Assembly (NCBI GenBank): GCA_009927495.1
Contig: RFMX01000270.1
Span: 1 to 41,682 of the forward strand
DNA from: Betaproteobacteria bacterium
GTDB taxonomy: Bacteria; Pseudomonadota; Gammaproteobacteria; Burkholderiales; Burkholderiaceae_C
DNA: 41,682 bases
Direction: 5' to 3'
Shown: one piece after another, positions 40,835-41,682 of the stretch
Layout: each line of letters begins with the position of its first letter
How positions within the stretch are numbered: position 1 is the first letter of the stretch
Translations under genes and position numbers: made by a program
Notes under the pieces: model-generated
The model's input: the letters and a program-made list of their open reading frames with translations, nothing else
Told to the model about the DNA's origin: nothing
Databases searched by the model: none

Positions 40835-41601
40835 ACTCAGAAGACCTCGTAGATACTGACAGACGTTTCAGTGGTCTTTCCCGTTTGTATGGGGACATAG
40901 GTGCCCAACAGATTCGCCAAAGCCACGTGGTGGTGGTCGGTGTGGGAGGGGTGGGTTCATGGGCGGTGGAATGTCTGGCCCGTAGCGGCGTAAGGGCTTT
41001 GACACTGGTTGATTTAGACCACATTTCCGAGTCCAATATCAACCGCCAACTCCCTGCTTTGTCGACCACTATAGGCATGTCAAAAGTAGTCGCTCTTGAA
41101 CAAAGAATTGCCCTCATTCATCCCGATTGCCAAGTGACTGCAGTTGAGGAATTCATTACCCCTGAAAACTGCGCCAACTTGTTGTCTGTGCAAGCGGATG
41201 CTGTGATAGATGCTTGCGACCAAATGACGGCCAAGCAAGCCATGGCAGTTTGGGCTTTGGCTAGCCACACACCCTTTATCACCGTGGGTGCGGCCGGTGG
41301 AAAACGTCTTCCTCATAAAGCCGATGTTGCGGATTTGGCTGATGTCACCCATGACCCTTTGCTGTCCCAACTGCGCCAACGTCTTCGCAAGCAAAACGCT
41401 GGCCCAGCGGCAGGAAAGCCCATGGGAATAGCCGCTGTGTTTAGCAAAGAGAGTGTGACGCCTTCGCAAGTTTGTGACGCACAAACAGACAGTTCTTTGA
41501 ACTGCCATGGCTATGGTTCGGTGGTGACAGTCACCGCAACCTTTGGCAATTGCGCTGCGGCTTGGGTGTTGGATTTATTGTCAAAAAAATCCGCCCTATA
41601 G
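40831..41601 (+). CDS. tcdA: tRNA threonylcarbamoyladenosine dehydratase (ThiF family)
   Basis: RRFSGLSRLYG, VGVGGVGSW.VE.LARSG, SNINRQ, DPLL and GYGS..VTATFG motifs. Confidence 0.92.
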   Translation: MNSEDLVDTDRRFSGLSRLYGDIGAQQIRQSHVVVVGVGGVGSWAVECLARSGVRALTLVDLDHISESNINRQLPALSTTIGMSKVVALEQRIALIHPDCQVTAVEEFITPENCANLLSVQADAVIDACDQMTAKQAMAVWALASHTPFITVGAAGGKRLPHKADVADLADVTHDPLLSQLRQRLRKQNAGPAAGKPMGIAAVFSKESVTPSQVCDAQTDSSLNCHGYGSVVTVTATFGNCAAAWVLDLLSKKSAL

Positions 41602-41627
41602 AGACGCAAAAATCGACAAAAAACAGT

Positions 41628-41633
41628 TATACT
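41628..41633 (+). promoter_or_regulatory. Possible -10 element (TATACT) for a transcript leaving the window, perhaps a stable-RNA operon
   Basis: TATACT preceded by A-tracts and followed by GC-rich TTGCGGC; no convincing -35, and the downstream gene is not visible. Confidence 0.3.
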
Positions 41634-41682
41634 TTGCGGCTTTGCTGAACTGCCAAAAGCAGCCAAGCAACAAGATGGGACG

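Overview
Gene-dense chromosomal segment of a betaproteobacterium; gene order and protein style point to Comamonadaceae, possibly Limnohabitans-like (inference, no search run). Left to right: an aromatic-acid module (benzoate-CoA ligase family plus a Liv-type ABC importer, truncated at the edge), tRNA-Pro(TGG) and tRNA-Arg(TCT) separated by a terminator hairpin, two unannotated exported paralogues sharing a six-cysteine domain, an acyl-CoA catabolic operon (3-hydroxyacyl-CoA dehydrogenase, crotonase, Crp/Fnr regulator, APH-like kinase, ACAD10/11-like dehydrogenase, GST), a second GST, lexA with tandem SOS boxes and a small downstream gene, asparaginase, exbBD-lpxK-ycaR-kdsB-adk, xseA, DUF192, icd, a cold-shock gene, the run clpS-clpA-yebC-purD-hemF-nadD-rsfS-rlmH-maf-rng, an LPS-modification cassette (deacetylase, GT4, GT9), msbA, and GT2-tolB-pal-cpoB-tcdA. 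I saw no mobile element, phage gene or CRISPR array. The best candidates for undescribed biology are the six-Cys paralogue pair next to tRNA-Arg, the 91-aa gene behind lexA, and the LvaA/LvaC-like kinase-dehydrogenase operon. Product calls come from motif recognition by eye.
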